64,000 nucleotides of DNA, from the NCBI GenBank assembly GCA_963725355.1, contig CAVRYE010000002.1:50898-114897 (forward strand), in the 5' to 3' direction. Position 1 is the stretch's first letter. Each line of letters opens with the position of its first letter. Shown one piece after another: positions 37,884 through 47,960 of the stretch. Below the pieces are notes generated by a model. The model was not told the DNA's origin. It ran no database searches and saw only the letters and a program-made list of their open reading frames with translations. The translations under genes and the position numbers were made by a program. The DNA comes from an uncultured Acidimicrobiaceae bacterium. Lineage in GTDB: Bacteria > Actinomycetota > Acidimicrobiia > Acidimicrobiales > Bog-793.

Positions 37884-39443
37884 CTACGGGGCGCCCGTCA
37901 GCAGCTCTTGGCCTTGCGATGCCTGCTCACTTGGCGCCTGGCGAGTGAGGAAGTCCTTGCGGCGGATCAGCAGGAGCGAGGCGGTGGCGCCGACGAAGGC
38001 GACCACCGCCGTGACTACCAAAAGGACATCGACCCCGCTCGCGAAGCTCGAGCGGATGGCGGCCGCGAGCTGTCCCCGCACAGCCGGGGGAGCGCTGGCG
38101 ATCGCCCTTGCGGCGTCGCCTTGGCGGATGGCCGAGACGACCCGGGAGGACTGTGAAGCCAGTGCCGGTACGGAAGCCAGGGCACGAGTGATGTGGTTGC
38201 GCAACGCGCTTGCGAAGATCGACCCCAAGGCGGCGATGCTCATGGCGAAGCCGATCTGCCTGAACGTCGAGTTGACTCCCGAGGCCATTCCGGATCGCTG
38301 TGGGGTGACGACCCCGATTGCCGTCGAGGCAAGCGGGGGGTTGACCAGGCCTGCTCCGACGCCGGCCACGATGAAGCCTGGGAGCAGGTGGGTCCACGTG
38401 CTCGTGCCGCTCAGGCCGGACATCAAGAGCAGGCCGATCCCGACGAGCAAGAGACCGGGAGCTATGAGGTAGCGAACCGGTACGTGTTCACTGAGGCGCC
38501 CGCTGATCCCGGCGGCGAGGAACGTGCCACCCGTCGAGACGAGGAGCCTGAGGCCGGTATCGAGGGCCGAGTAGCCCAGGATGTCCTGCAGGTACAAGAC
38601 GAGGTAGAGGAACATGGCAAACAGCGAGCCGTTCATGGCAAACGCGGCGAGAAGGCCACCGACGAAGGTGGGCGTGCGAAAAAGCGACATGTCGAACATG
38701 GGATGGTCGATGCGGAACTCGAGGAGAACAAATCCCACGAGCAGCGCGACGCCGAGGGCCAGCGAGATGATGACCGAGGAGCTGCCCCATGTGGTCTCAC
38801 TTGCCCGGATGAGGCCGTAGACGAAGGCGACCAGGCCTGTGGTGAGGAGCACGAATCCCCCCCAGTCGGGCCGGCCGGGATGAGGAGCCCGGGACTCTTC
38901 CACCTTCACCAAGGTGATGGCGACGGCCGCGATCCCGACCGGGACGTTGACGAGGAAGATGCCCCGCCAGCTGATGCCCGTGGTGATCGCCCCGCCGAGG
39001 ATCGGCCCGAGCGAGACCGCCACACCTGTGATGGCCCCCCATATCCCGAAAGCGACGCCTCGGTCCTTGCCGCGGAAGCTCTGGGCCAACAGGGCGAGCG
39101 AGGTCGCAAAGACGATGGCGCCGCCGACACCTTGGCCGCTGCGCGAGACGATCAGCATGATGGGCGACTGTGCGAGGCCGCAGGTGAGCGAGCCGAGAGT
39201 GAAGATGATCAAGCCGATTGTGAAAAGGCGCCTACGCCCGTAGCGGTCGGCGAGAACTCCTGTCGTGAGCAACAAGGAGGCGAGCGTGAGGGCGTAAGCG
39301 TCGATGACCCACTGGACGTCGCTGAAGCTCGCGTTCAAAGCAGTCTGTATTTGCGGCAGGGCGACGACGACGATTGTGACGTCGAGCAGGAGCATGAAGG
39401 TCCCCGCGCAGACGGCGATGAGCGTCCACCATTTCTTGTCCAT
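37884..39443 (-). CDS. MFS transporter, DHA2 (EmrB/QacA-like, 14-TM) family
   Basis: ORF 37884-39671; the likely start is the ATG at 39443 (MDKKWWTLIAVCAGTFMLLLDVTIVVVALPQIQ), the typical DHA2 N-terminus. Confidence 0.8.
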   Translation of the reverse strand: MDKKWWTLIAVCAGTFMLLLDVTIVVVALPQIQTALNASFSDVQWVIDAYALTLASLLLTTGVLADRYGRRRLFTIGLIIFTLGSLTCGLAQSPIMLIVSRSGQGVGGAIVFATSLALLAQSFRGKDRGVAFGIWGAITGVAVSLGPILGGAITTGISWRGIFLVNVPVGIAAVAITLVKVEESRAPHPGRPDWGGFVLLTTGLVAFVYGLIRASETTWGSSSVIISLALGVALLVGFVLLEFRIDHPMFDMSLFRTPTFVGGLLAAFAMNGSLFAMFLYLVLYLQDILGYSALDTGLRLLVSTGGTFLAAGISGRLSEHVPVRYLIAPGLLLVGIGLLLMSGLSGTSTWTHLLPGFIVAGVGAGLVNPPLASTAIGVVTPQRSGMASGVNSTFRQIGFAMSIAALGSIFASALRNHITRALASVPALASQSSRVVSAIRQGDAARAIASAPPAVRGQLAAAIRSSFASGVDVLLVVTAVVAFVGATASLLLIRRKDFLTRQAPSEQASQGQELLTGAP

Positions 39444-39731
39444 GAGAAGCGAGAGGCTACCGGGTGAGCGTGTGCCTCGACCGCGCCCAGAGGTCGTCGG
39501 GGTCATTCTCATCGTGCTCGAGGGTGCCAATGGGCGAGAACGGCAGCAGTTGCAGACGTCCCTCAGTACTGCGTTTTCGTTAGGGAACAGCAGTGGCCGC
39601 GCGCCCGCTGCCAAGTTGTCGGGACTGGCTTCGATCGTCCGCCCGCGCTCTTCGAGTGGGCCGTTTGCCAAGATGAGGGGATCAGGAGAAAGAAATTGCT
39701 CCCTGAGCCCATCGTTCTGGAAGCGATCGGC

Positions 39732-41870
39732 CTAAGAACCTACGGGCGTAGTGCTGGGGAGGCCGACCGGAATTCTGAGCTCGTCGATGGGCGCCGGGTA
39801 GGCGTGGAAGTAACCCTGTGCCTGGTCGCAACGGAAGCTCGCCATCGCGAGAGCCTGGGGCGCGGTCTCGATGCCTTCGGCGGTCACCCGGAGGTGGAGG
39901 GAATGAGCGAGGTCTATGACCCCTCTCACAAGGCTTGCTCCGGCCTCGTCGGTGACCCGGTCGGTGAAGGTCTTGTCGATCTTCACCCGGTCGACGGGGA
40001 GCTCGTGAAGGTAGCTGAGCGAGGAGTACCCGGTGCCGAAGTCGTCGATGGCGATCGTCACGCCTATCGCCTTCAGGCCCATGATCGAGGAGCGGGCAAG
40101 GGCGAAGTTGGTGACGAGAGCCGTTTCGGTTATCTCGAGCTCCAGCTGAGAGGCGGGGAAGCCTGTGGCGGCGAGGATCTTCGACACGTCCTCGGCCAGC
40201 CCGGGCCGTGTCAGCTCGACGGCGGAAAGGTTGACCGCCATCGTGAGCTTGCCCTCGTGCTGAGCGAGCAGTTGGATCCCGTCTGTGCACGCCTGTCGCA
40301 GCACCCAGCGAGTGATCGGCGTGATGGCCCCGCTGCGTTCGGCGAGGGGGATGAACCTCCCGGGCGGGATCAAGCCCTCGGTAGGGTGTTTCCAGCGCAC
40401 AAGTGCCTCGAACCCGCAGACGGCGCCGTCGTCGACGTTGACGATTGGCTGGTAATGGAGTCGCAGGTCGCTGCGATCGGCAGCATAGGAGAGCTCGGCA
40501 CTGAAGCGGTTGTTCGCCACCATCTTGCGCTCGATCGACTCCTCCCACCACTTGGTGCGGCTGCGCCCCTCGGACTTGGCCAGGTACATGGCGGCATCTG
40601 CGCGGCGTATGAGCTCCTCGGCGTCGCCACAGTCGCTACGGGCGGCGTCACCATGGGGTCTTAGCTCGTCTGCTGCCGCGATGCCGATGCTGCAGCTGAC
40701 CCGTATGTGCAGGCCGTCTAGGACCACCTCTTCGAGTGATTGGTGGACGTGTGCCGCGAAGCCCGAGGCGTCGCTGGGGTCGCGCAGCTGCTCGAGCAGG
40801 ACGACGAACTCGTCGCCACCCATCCTCGCCACGGTGTCGGAAGGTCGGGTCTCGGACTGGAGGACGGCGCTGACAGCCTGCAGCAGACCGTCACCAGTGG
40901 CGTGGCCCCAGGCATCGTTGACCGCCTTGAAGCCGTCGAGGTCGATGTACAGCAGGGCGATCGAGACGCCGGAGCGGCCCGCTGCGGCAAGTGCATGGGT
41001 GATTCGGTCTTGTAGGAGGGCACGGTTGGCAAGACCCGTAAGTCCGTCGTGGAGAGCAAGGTGTCGGAGCTTTTGTTCAAAGGCACGGTGCTCGGTGATG
41101 TCCTGGTATGTGAGCACGATTCCGCCAATGCCCGCGTGGGCCCGCTGGTCGGTTACGGCGACGGCGATGAGGAGATAGCCGCCCGAGGCGCCGCGCAGCC
41201 GGACCTCACCCCTCGCCGTCGTGTCCGAATGCTCGCAGGCCTCGCGAAGAAGACGCTGGAACGTCGCCTGGTCGTCTGGGTGGACATCGTCCAGGCAGCT
41301 GCGTCCCGCCCGGCCGGCGAAGGTGTCTTTCTCCACCGCGGTCGTGTAGCGGATTGTCCCGTCCTCTTCTACGACGACGATGACGTCGCTCAGGTTCTGA
41401 ACGAGAGCCTCGAGCCGACCAGCCTGCTCCCTTTGGGCTCTTGCAAGCTCCGCGAGCAAGGTGGAAGTAGAGATCGTCGCCAGAGCGTCTCCGCCGATTA
41501 CGAGAAGGTCGTCTGAGCTCGAGACCTTCCCATCGATAAGCAAGCGCAGGGCGGCATCCACCGCCGGGGTGTCAGTGTGGATGGGCAGCTCCGCGGCCAC
41601 CGGCAGCAAGCTGACCGGGTTGTGGGCGTACAAAGCCCAGCCGAAGCCCGCCGGACCGAGCATGTACTGGTAGAAGGCCGAGCGGTTGATGAGCGCTGGG
41701 GAACCGTCTGGCCGTTTGAGGACCACGCTGCGACGCTCGTCGTCCTCTCGGAACCACTGGTCGATTTGTCTGCACGTCAAAGTGTCCGGCAAGCCACGCC
41801 TCTGTGCCGCCAGTGCGCCAACGGTGACAGGGGCGCGAAAGGCACTTTGCACGGCTTTCGTCATCGGCAT
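39732..41870 (-). CDS. PAS-GGDEF-EAL c-di-GMP signalling protein
   Basis: 712-aa ORF: RPSDTVARMGGDEFVVLL (I-site plus GGDEF), FEALVRW, ELEITE and DDFGTGYSSLSYL (intact EAL). Confidence 0.85.
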   Translation of the reverse strand: MPMTKAVQSAFRAPVTVGALAAQRRGLPDTLTCRQIDQWFREDDERRSVVLKRPDGSPALINRSAFYQYMLGPAGFGWALYAHNPVSLLPVAAELPIHTDTPAVDAALRLLIDGKVSSSDDLLVIGGDALATISTSTLLAELARAQREQAGRLEALVQNLSDVIVVVEEDGTIRYTTAVEKDTFAGRAGRSCLDDVHPDDQATFQRLLREACEHSDTTARGEVRLRGASGGYLLIAVAVTDQRAHAGIGGIVLTYQDITEHRAFEQKLRHLALHDGLTGLANRALLQDRITHALAAAGRSGVSIALLYIDLDGFKAVNDAWGHATGDGLLQAVSAVLQSETRPSDTVARMGGDEFVVLLEQLRDPSDASGFAAHVHQSLEEVVLDGLHIRVSCSIGIAAADELRPHGDAARSDCGDAEELIRRADAAMYLAKSEGRSRTKWWEESIERKMVANNRFSAELSYAADRSDLRLHYQPIVNVDDGAVCGFEALVRWKHPTEGLIPPGRFIPLAERSGAITPITRWVLRQACTDGIQLLAQHEGKLTMAVNLSAVELTRPGLAEDVSKILAATGFPASQLELEITETALVTNFALARSSIMGLKAIGVTIAIDDFGTGYSSLSYLHELPVDRVKIDKTFTDRVTDEAGASLVRGVIDLAHSLHLRVTAEGIETAPQALAMASFRCDQAQGYFHAYPAPIDELRIPVGLPSTTPVGS

Positions 41871-42689
41871 TGCCAGAAAGGTGCTTAAGCACGCTTTGCG
41901 AATATGACCTAATGGTTACCTAGGGTTCACCTGCCGGTAAGCGCAATGTGTTTCTTCGCAGCGCCGGGGCGCAGTCTTCAACATCGTTATGTCCGGTTTT
42001 CCACCTGCAGGCAAGGGCAGAGGAGGCGGCGGGGTAGTGGCTGCTGAGTAGGCGAGTCCCTTCCATGTGGGACTGAAGAGGATTCGCTCGGCTGAAGTCG
42101 TCTCTAACGCCTCACTTGACTCAAGTCCGCGGCGCGAACGATTCGAGGCCAAGCGCTGAGCAGTCGCAGCCGCCTCGCACCGTTTAGCTTTCGAGCTCGT
42201 CTACGAGCCGACACCGCACAGGGCGAGAAGGCTCGACTGCAGGAGGGCTGCTTGACCCAGAGACCCGAATTAGAAAAGTTAACATAACGGACATTATCGG
42301 CGTTACTGGAGACGGCTCGGACTTGGACTCAAACAGCGGATGGCTAATGCTGGGCGGCGCCGACTCAGGATACGAAGAGCTCAGTCGGCACCAGAAGTCT
42401 CGTCCCGGAGCACGACTCTCCTCGGTTCGGAGGCCACAGCCAGCACCTTATCCATGGCGCAGCCGGTCCATTGGAGCGCCGGTTCTCGACCATGCGAGTG
42501 CGTCGGCTGCCCGCACTCCAGCGAACAGGTGTTCGCTAGCGTCTCTTCATGACCGACTTTGAGCGGCGCCTAACAGATGAGCACCATACGGCTCTTGTCC
42601 CCGCTTGGACTTGAAGCTGGCCGAATGTCGCAGTCAACTGGCAGCACGATGAGAATCACCACGGATCGATACTGCAAGGAAGGGGCACT

Positions 42690-43970
42690 TTGAACGAGCC
42701 CGGTGTAATGCAGCTCGAGGCCGGCCCGATTGCCGCCGGTGGCGGCTGCGTGGCGAGAGCAGATGACGGCCGGGTGGTCTTCGTGCGTCATTGCCTTCCT
42801 GGTGAGCACGTGCTCGCCGCCATAACCGAAGAGACCAAGTCCTACCTGCGGGCTGATGCAATCGCGATCACCGAGCCATCTCCCGACCGCGTGGAACCGC
42901 CCTGCCGCTACGCAGGGCCCGGTCGCTGTGGAGGCTGCGACTGGCAGCACGTCAGCCTGGCCGCACAGCGGGCGCTAAAGGCTGATCTCGTTGCTCAGCA
43001 GCTTCGTCGCCTGGCCGGCGTCGACCCCTCCTTTGAGGTCGAGCAGGTCCTGGGTGCGCCCGACGGGCTCGGGTGGCGGACTCGAGTCGGCTTCGCGGTC
43101 GATGACTCGGGCCGTGTTGGGCTCCACAAGCACCGTTCGCACGAACTGCAGCTGGTGGACCGCTGCCTGATTGCCTCAAAGGGCGTCGAGGCGGTCGGCG
43201 TGGAACGGCTCAACTGGCCCGGCGTCGATGACTTGGAGGTGCTCGCCTCGCCGAGCGGTGAGTGCGTCGTCTCGCTCAACACGAAAAGACGGCGTCTATC
43301 GGGTCTGCCGGTGCTCGCGGCTGGACTGGTCGTCAACGGGAGGCTGACAAGAGAGCCGGAACGAGTCAGCTTCAACGTGCTCGGTCGGCGTTACGAGGTC
43401 GGTGCAGGAGTCTTCTGGCAGGTTCACCCCGGGGCAGCTGAGACTCTTGCCCGCGCCGTTCTAAAGGGACTGGGAGCTCGGCCGGGAGACCACGTGGCGG
43501 ACCTGTACGCAGGCGCGGGCCTATTCGCAGCTCTGTTGGGCGACGTCGTCGGCCCCAGCGGTTCGGTGCTGGCTGTTGAGCGGGACCGCTGGGCCTGCGC
43601 TGACGCGGCGCGAAATACGACCGACCAGCCCCAGGTCAAGATCCGCAAGGCGGCAGTGACGCCGGTGCTCATCGCCGAGACGCTCGGCAAGGTCGACCTC
43701 GTAGTGCTCGATCCTTCTCGCGAAGGTGCCGGCCGAGCAGTTATGACCGCCCTTGCCGCCTTCGAACCGGGCCCACGCCGTATTGCCTATGTCGCCTGCG
43801 ACCCAGCCTCGTTTGCTCGCGACCTTCGCGTGCTGATCGAAGCCGGCTGGGTTCTCGACTCGTTGAGGGCCTTCGACATGTTCCCCATGACAGAGCACGT
43901 CGAGATTGTGGCCCTTATCGACGCTCCCCCGGCTTCAGATCCCCGGTTGAATCGAGTTACATCGATGTAA
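42690..43970 (+). CDS. class I SAM-dependent RNA methyltransferase (TrmA/RumA family, 23S rRNA m5U-type)
   Basis: 426-aa ORF with an N-terminal TRAM-like segment, the Fe-S cluster cysteines C-x6-C-x2-C (CRYAGPGRCGGCDWQH), the SAM motif DLYAGAGLF and C-terminal DPSREG...YVACDP. Confidence 0.8.
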   Translation: MNEPGVMQLEAGPIAAGGGCVARADDGRVVFVRHCLPGEHVLAAITEETKSYLRADAIAITEPSPDRVEPPCRYAGPGRCGGCDWQHVSLAAQRALKADLVAQQLRRLAGVDPSFEVEQVLGAPDGLGWRTRVGFAVDDSGRVGLHKHRSHELQLVDRCLIASKGVEAVGVERLNWPGVDDLEVLASPSGECVVSLNTKRRRLSGLPVLAAGLVVNGRLTREPERVSFNVLGRRYEVGAGVFWQVHPGAAETLARAVLKGLGARPGDHVADLYAGAGLFAALLGDVVGPSGSVLAVERDRWACADAARNTTDQPQVKIRKAAVTPVLIAETLGKVDLVVLDPSREGAGRAVMTALAAFEPGPRRIAYVACDPASFARDLRVLIEAGWVLDSLRAFDMFPMTEHVEIVALIDAPPASDPRLNRVTSM

Positions 43971-44033
43971 CTCGTGCTCTACAGGCGTCATCGCCTATAG
44001 CGTCATGTCCTCTTTCTGGACTAAATGTCCTGG

Positions 44034-44258
44034 TCAAGGGTTTGTGACTGCTATGAGAATTACGAGCACAATGAGAACCACCGCGAGCGGCACGGCCCAC
44101 AAAACGACCCAGCTCTTGAGTGGTAGGTGCAGCGTCTCTGCTCTTTCCATCTGAGCTTCGTCGCCTTCCTCGGGCCTGTCGCGGCGAGAAGATGTCTCGC
44201 CAGGGCCCATGTTGGCCGGACCGGCAGGATTCCCAGATGGCGGCTCAGAAGGGCTCAT
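44034..44258 (-). CDS. small membrane-anchored protein (C-terminal TM)
   Basis: 74-aa ORF. Its ATG overlaps the upstream stop (ATGA). The C-terminus is WVVLWAVPLAVVLIVLVILIAV. Confidence 0.5.
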   Translation of the reverse strand: MSPSEPPSGNPAGPANMGPGETSSRRDRPEEGDEAQMERAETLHLPLKSWVVLWAVPLAVVLIVLVILIAVTNP

Positions 44259-45310
44259 GCCAGCTCATTTGTGCCCGACGCGTTCGATTGCGTCGATTGG
44301 GGACGGACCATGTCTGCCTCTTTCGGGCTCAGCTGCTCCTCGAACCAACCTGTAAGTACCAGCCAGGCCGCAAACGGCGGGGCCATCAGCAGGAAAGCGG
44401 CGGTCGTGTCCAGCGTGTATTCGCCTTGCAGGTAGTTGACACCGTGGGTGAGCTGGAACGAGAGGCGAAACAATAAAGAGATGCCAATGTAGGACAGCCA
44501 GATGATCGGGCGAGACCGTCGCGGGAACCTCCGGCTGTTTCCACCAGCGAACTCCGAAGCCCCGACGATCGTTAACAATGCGCCGAAGGCGAGAGGGACG
44601 TTCGAGTGCAAGCCGACCCAGCCGCCGATGATGGAGAGGAACCCGCCGTCGGTGGACACCAGCCAGCTCAGCACGATGACTCCGCTTAGCACTCCCAGAC
44701 GGTTCGGAGTGAGCCGACTCCAGTGACGTACGAGATCGACCGCCACGACGACTGTGACCACGAGCGTTACGTCACTTAGCAACACTGAGTACAAGCCGAG
44801 CGGGGCGACGTAACTGACGATGTAGGTCCAAAGTGCCCAGCCGCTCACCAGGGCAAGTCCGAAGCCGCCCTGGCGCATCTCGAGCGATTTACCCGTGTCG
44901 GCACGGCGCATGCCGACTGTCAACAAGACGGCGAAGAGGACTGCAGCTGCCCCGACTTGGAAGCCCAGCTCCTGGGCATGGGTACCCAACCATCCGAAGG
45001 GGTTCGGGATCGACGAGCCACCTCCTTTCGGAAACAGCGCCGCCAGGACCCACGAAGAGCTCACAAGCACTCCGGCGACGATGAGCCCGACGCTGTAGGC
45101 GCTGGCTCCGAGGAATATGACCCTCTCGGTCTCAACCTCGCGGCGAGGTGATCCGAAAAGCCCGCGTGCAGCGATGGTCATCCAGGCGAACCCAACCATG
45201 CCGAGTCCGCAGAGAATCGCGATTTGCGGGTACGCCTTCAGCGACAACCAGCCGGCACCGGGATAGCGCCTGAGCACGAAGAAGACCTCAAGTACCATCA
45301 GCGCGACCAA
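44255..45310 (-). CDS. polytopic membrane protein, unknown function
   Basis: 351-aa ORF with ~9-10 hydrophobic segments and a TTG start. No recognisable motif. Confidence 0.6.
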   Translation of the reverse strand: MVALMVLEVFFVLRRYPGAGWLSLKAYPQIAILCGLGMVGFAWMTIAARGLFGSPRREVETERVIFLGASAYSVGLIVAGVLVSSSWVLAALFPKGGGSSIPNPFGWLGTHAQELGFQVGAAAVLFAVLLTVGMRRADTGKSLEMRQGGFGLALVSGWALWTYIVSYVAPLGLYSVLLSDVTLVVTVVVAVDLVRHWSRLTPNRLGVLSGVIVLSWLVSTDGGFLSIIGGWVGLHSNVPLAFGALLTIVGASEFAGGNSRRFPRRSRPIIWLSYIGISLLFRLSFQLTHGVNYLQGEYTLDTTAAFLLMAPPFAAWLVLTGWFEEQLSPKEADMVRPQSTQSNASGTNELA

Positions 45311-46235
45311 AAGCCATCGGGCGAGACGCGTCGGGTGCGCGCCGGGCGACGGCGGTGGCGATCTGGCCGATTCCGTAGGAGAACCTCACGACCGCCAGTG
45401 AGGCAACCACGAACAGGACCACCATCGCCCCGTAGAAGTCCGTAAGCGTTTCCTGGACAGGCACCGCTACGTAATTCACCAAGGACGAATTCAGCGACGG
45501 CTGAAAACTGGCGTCATGTAGGCCTACGACGTAGATGACCGTGCAGCCAAGAAAGAAGATCGCCGTACAGATCAGTGCAACCCATCGGGACTTCACGATC
45601 ACTCTCGACCACCACATACCGCCCCGTTTGGCAATCTTGGATCCTTCAGTTGCCGCCGCGAGAAGAGCCAAAGGCGCGAGCAAGTAGCTCGCGAAGATGA
45701 GTGCTGGGAGAACGCCACCCCAGTAGTTGCCGACTGAATTCGCTATTTGCGCACCGACGAAGAGGAAGCCGACTGCGGCAATGACACGGACGTGGCGAGG
45801 GCACTCGAAGACGGTATAGACGAGCAGTCCGACGAAGAAGCCGAGCCCGACTAGCAACAGGGCCGAACCCGAGGTGTCTATGCTCTCGGCTCCATTTTGC
45901 GAGTACAGCGGAATCGTATGACTGCTGGGAACGAGCGACGGGAAGAGGATGAGCACGATGATCGCCCCGACAGCTGCCAGCGCAGCTACCGTGAGCCGAC
46001 GTTCGGTCAGGCTCAGGCCGCCGAAGCGGATCCTGCCTTTGTCAATCTGTACCCCGAGCAGGTGACGCCCTATCCAGCGGGCAACTGACTTGGCATCACC
46101 GCCCTCGGCTGGCGATTTACCGTGTGGCCCGGCCTCACTAACGGCCACGTGTGTGTCTCCCGTTTGGACCCCGCCGTGGTGATTCGGACGCGGCCGCCGA
46201 CGATTGTCCTCCGCATTCGAGCGATCGTGGGTCAA
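45288..46235 (-). CDS. polytopic membrane protein, unknown function
   Basis: 315-aa ORF with a basic cytoplasmic N-terminus followed by ~6 TM segments. TTG start. It overlaps the next gene by 23 nt. Confidence 0.6.
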   Translation of the reverse strand: MTHDRSNAEDNRRRPRPNHHGGVQTGDTHVAVSEAGPHGKSPAEGGDAKSVARWIGRHLLGVQIDKGRIRFGGLSLTERRLTVAALAAVGAIIVLILFPSLVPSSHTIPLYSQNGAESIDTSGSALLLVGLGFFVGLLVYTVFECPRHVRVIAAVGFLFVGAQIANSVGNYWGGVLPALIFASYLLAPLALLAAATEGSKIAKRGGMWWSRVIVKSRWVALICTAIFFLGCTVIYVVGLHDASFQPSLNSSLVNYVAVPVQETLTDFYGAMVVLFVVASLAVVRFSYGIGQIATAVARRAPDASRPMAFGRADGT

Positions 46236-46593
46236 ATGACCTATGTCCAGAATTCGATCGGAGGATCTCGTAGTTGTGTCGATCTAGCCCATCTCCATTG
46301 ATGGCAATGCCTAGTTCCAAGCTGGTGGCATAGATACATGAAGAAGGAGGAGGAAGGCGGTCTTCTTGGGGACTCGCTGACCGCCTTACACTTGCGGTAT
46401 AGCTGGCATGGGCACCAGGTGTGATAGCGGTGGAGCGCTGGGCTGTAGGTGAGGCGTAACCGTCGACGATATGCACGTCGATGATCGTGCCCAGAATCGC
46501 GAACACGAGGGAGAGGACGGCGACAAAGGGTATCGCCCTTCTCCACCCAGGTCCTGGGCGAGCCTCCCCGGATAGGCCAGCCAGATCGGTCAA
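46138..46593 (-). CDS. small membrane-anchored protein (N-terminal TM); the 3' end is uncertain
   Basis: 151-aa ORF. The N-terminal part (RRAIPFVAVLSLVFAILGTII...) looks real. The last ~30 codons overlap the next gene and look like read-through. Confidence 0.4.
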   Translation of the reverse strand: MTDLAGLSGEARPGPGWRRAIPFVAVLSLVFAILGTIIDVHIVDGYASPTAQRSTAITPGAHASYTASVRRSASPQEDRLPPPSSCIYATSLELGIAINGDGLDRHNYEILRSNSGHRSFDPRSLECGGQSSAAASESPRRGPNGRHTRGR

Positions 46594-46800
46594 CGCGGCC
46601 CTGGGTACACGTCCCGCCCCAATCGCGCGTCAGCGGGCTGGTGCCAGACTTGACTACTTCCCCAGCCGATGCCCATGACGCTCTCGTACCCCCCAGAAAC
46701 GCCGACTGGGAGTTTTTAGCATCTCGGCGCCGGACGCGTCGGTCCGAGAGTCGCCTCGCACGAGGCCCTCATCAGGCTGCGTGTCACATGCTGGAAGGAC

Positions 46801-47398
46801 TTAACGAGCGCTCTCTGTCGACATCAGGGAGATGCCGCGGTTCCACCATCTCGGGTTGGTCACTGCCTGCTCTTTGACCCATGAGAAGTGGTGCCGTGCA
46901 GACAAGACGAAGGCCGGCAGCAAGGCGAGACCAACAAACGCCCAACGACGCGATCCCCTCGGCACCTCGACAACGAGGGATCCGGACGCCGCCACGGCCC
47001 ACGCGCGAAGCATGGCGTTGTAGGAGGGCATCTGCCAAGGCGACAGACCCTCGGCCTCTATGAGCACAGGCAAGCCACACTGCCCAGGCTGAGATGGCCA
47101 AAGAAGGTAGTGCACGGCGACCCCGGCCAAAGACGCTCCCGAGCAACGCGGCCAGAACAGGATCAGTCCTACGCGATCCGCGGGCGGCAAGTCCAGCCCA
47201 GCTGAGGATCTGCACGGACCATAATGTGGCCGCACCTGGCAAGCCGATCTGGGGCTGCCAAACCAGCCCTAGCCCACTCGCGAGCTCGAATCCATGGTGA
47301 GCAGCCGTTCCCAAAGCCGCACCGAGAGCAAAGGGTCGCTCTATGCGCCTCTTCTGTGCGCGCCTCTTCTCATTAGGCCTTCGCCACGCAGTGATCAC
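46801..47398 (-). pseudogene. membrane protein, unknown function, split by a 1-nt frame change at a C4/G4 run (47121-47124)
   Basis: Frame A (ORF 46784-47398) looks like protein only up to ...AALLGSVFG. Frame B (ORF 46801-47235) looks like protein only from VAVHYLLWPSQ... onward, including the TM segment WAFVGLALLPAFVLSA. Confidence 0.5.
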
Positions 47399-47460
47399 TG
47401 AGCGGCAGGCTACTTACCTCGGCGTCTCGAACTGGGCCGGCTCGTCTCTACCGGCGCTGC

Positions 47461-47901
47461 TTAGCCTGCAGCGCTGTCACCCTCGTCCACTTGTCGGTCC
47501 GTGGCGACGCGCATGCGGTGCCGACCTCTTTCGGAGGTTCCCGCCCAGACGCCCTTCAAGGACGGATGGTCGAGGGCGTACTCGAGGCACTCTTTGGCCA
47601 CCGGGCACCGGGCACAAAGAACTGAGGCCCGAAGGCGGCTGGAGCCGTCCGGGGGGAAGAAGTCCTCCACTCCCCTACCTCTGCAAGCCGCCCGCCGATG
47701 CCACACCGGGCGCTGCAGCAACGAGCTCAGGTCGGGCAGGGGCTCCAGGGATCGCATCGCGATGGCAACGAACTCGTGCAGCGCTTGGTCTTCCCACTCC
47801 TCCACCTGCTGAGTATCGGTCGCCACTGGCAATCTCCTCGCTTCACGAGTGGCGACGTCGCCCCCCTGGACAACGTCGCCACCCTGGCTTGCTGGGAGCA
47901 T
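47461..47901 (-). CDS. WhiB family transcriptional regulator (N-terminal extension; alternative start ATG at 47757)
   Basis: AACRG...x18...CARCPVAKEC gives the four WhiB cysteines (C...C-x2-C-x5-C), followed by the GVWAGT turn motif. Confidence 0.8.
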   Translation of the reverse strand: MLPASQGGDVVQGGDVATREARRLPVATDTQQVEEWEDQALHEFVAIAMRSLEPLPDLSSLLQRPVWHRRAACRGRGVEDFFPPDGSSRLRASVLCARCPVAKECLEYALDHPSLKGVWAGTSERGRHRMRVATDRQVDEGDSAAG

Positions 47902-47960
47902 TCCCCGGCGGCAGACCCGTCAAACGCCGTCTCTCTCGACAGTTGCTCAGCGCTTAGGAA

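Noticed and set aside
42300-42640. Possible RNase P RNA. GGACTTGGACTCAAACAGCGGATGGCTAATGCTGGG loosely resembles the P4-P9 region, and ACAGATGAGCACCATACGGCTCTTG loosely resembles the 3' P4 strand.
   Set aside because: The near-universal GAGGAAAGUCCGGGC and ACAGAAnCCGGCUUA elements are not present, and the putative P4 strands are not complementary to each other.
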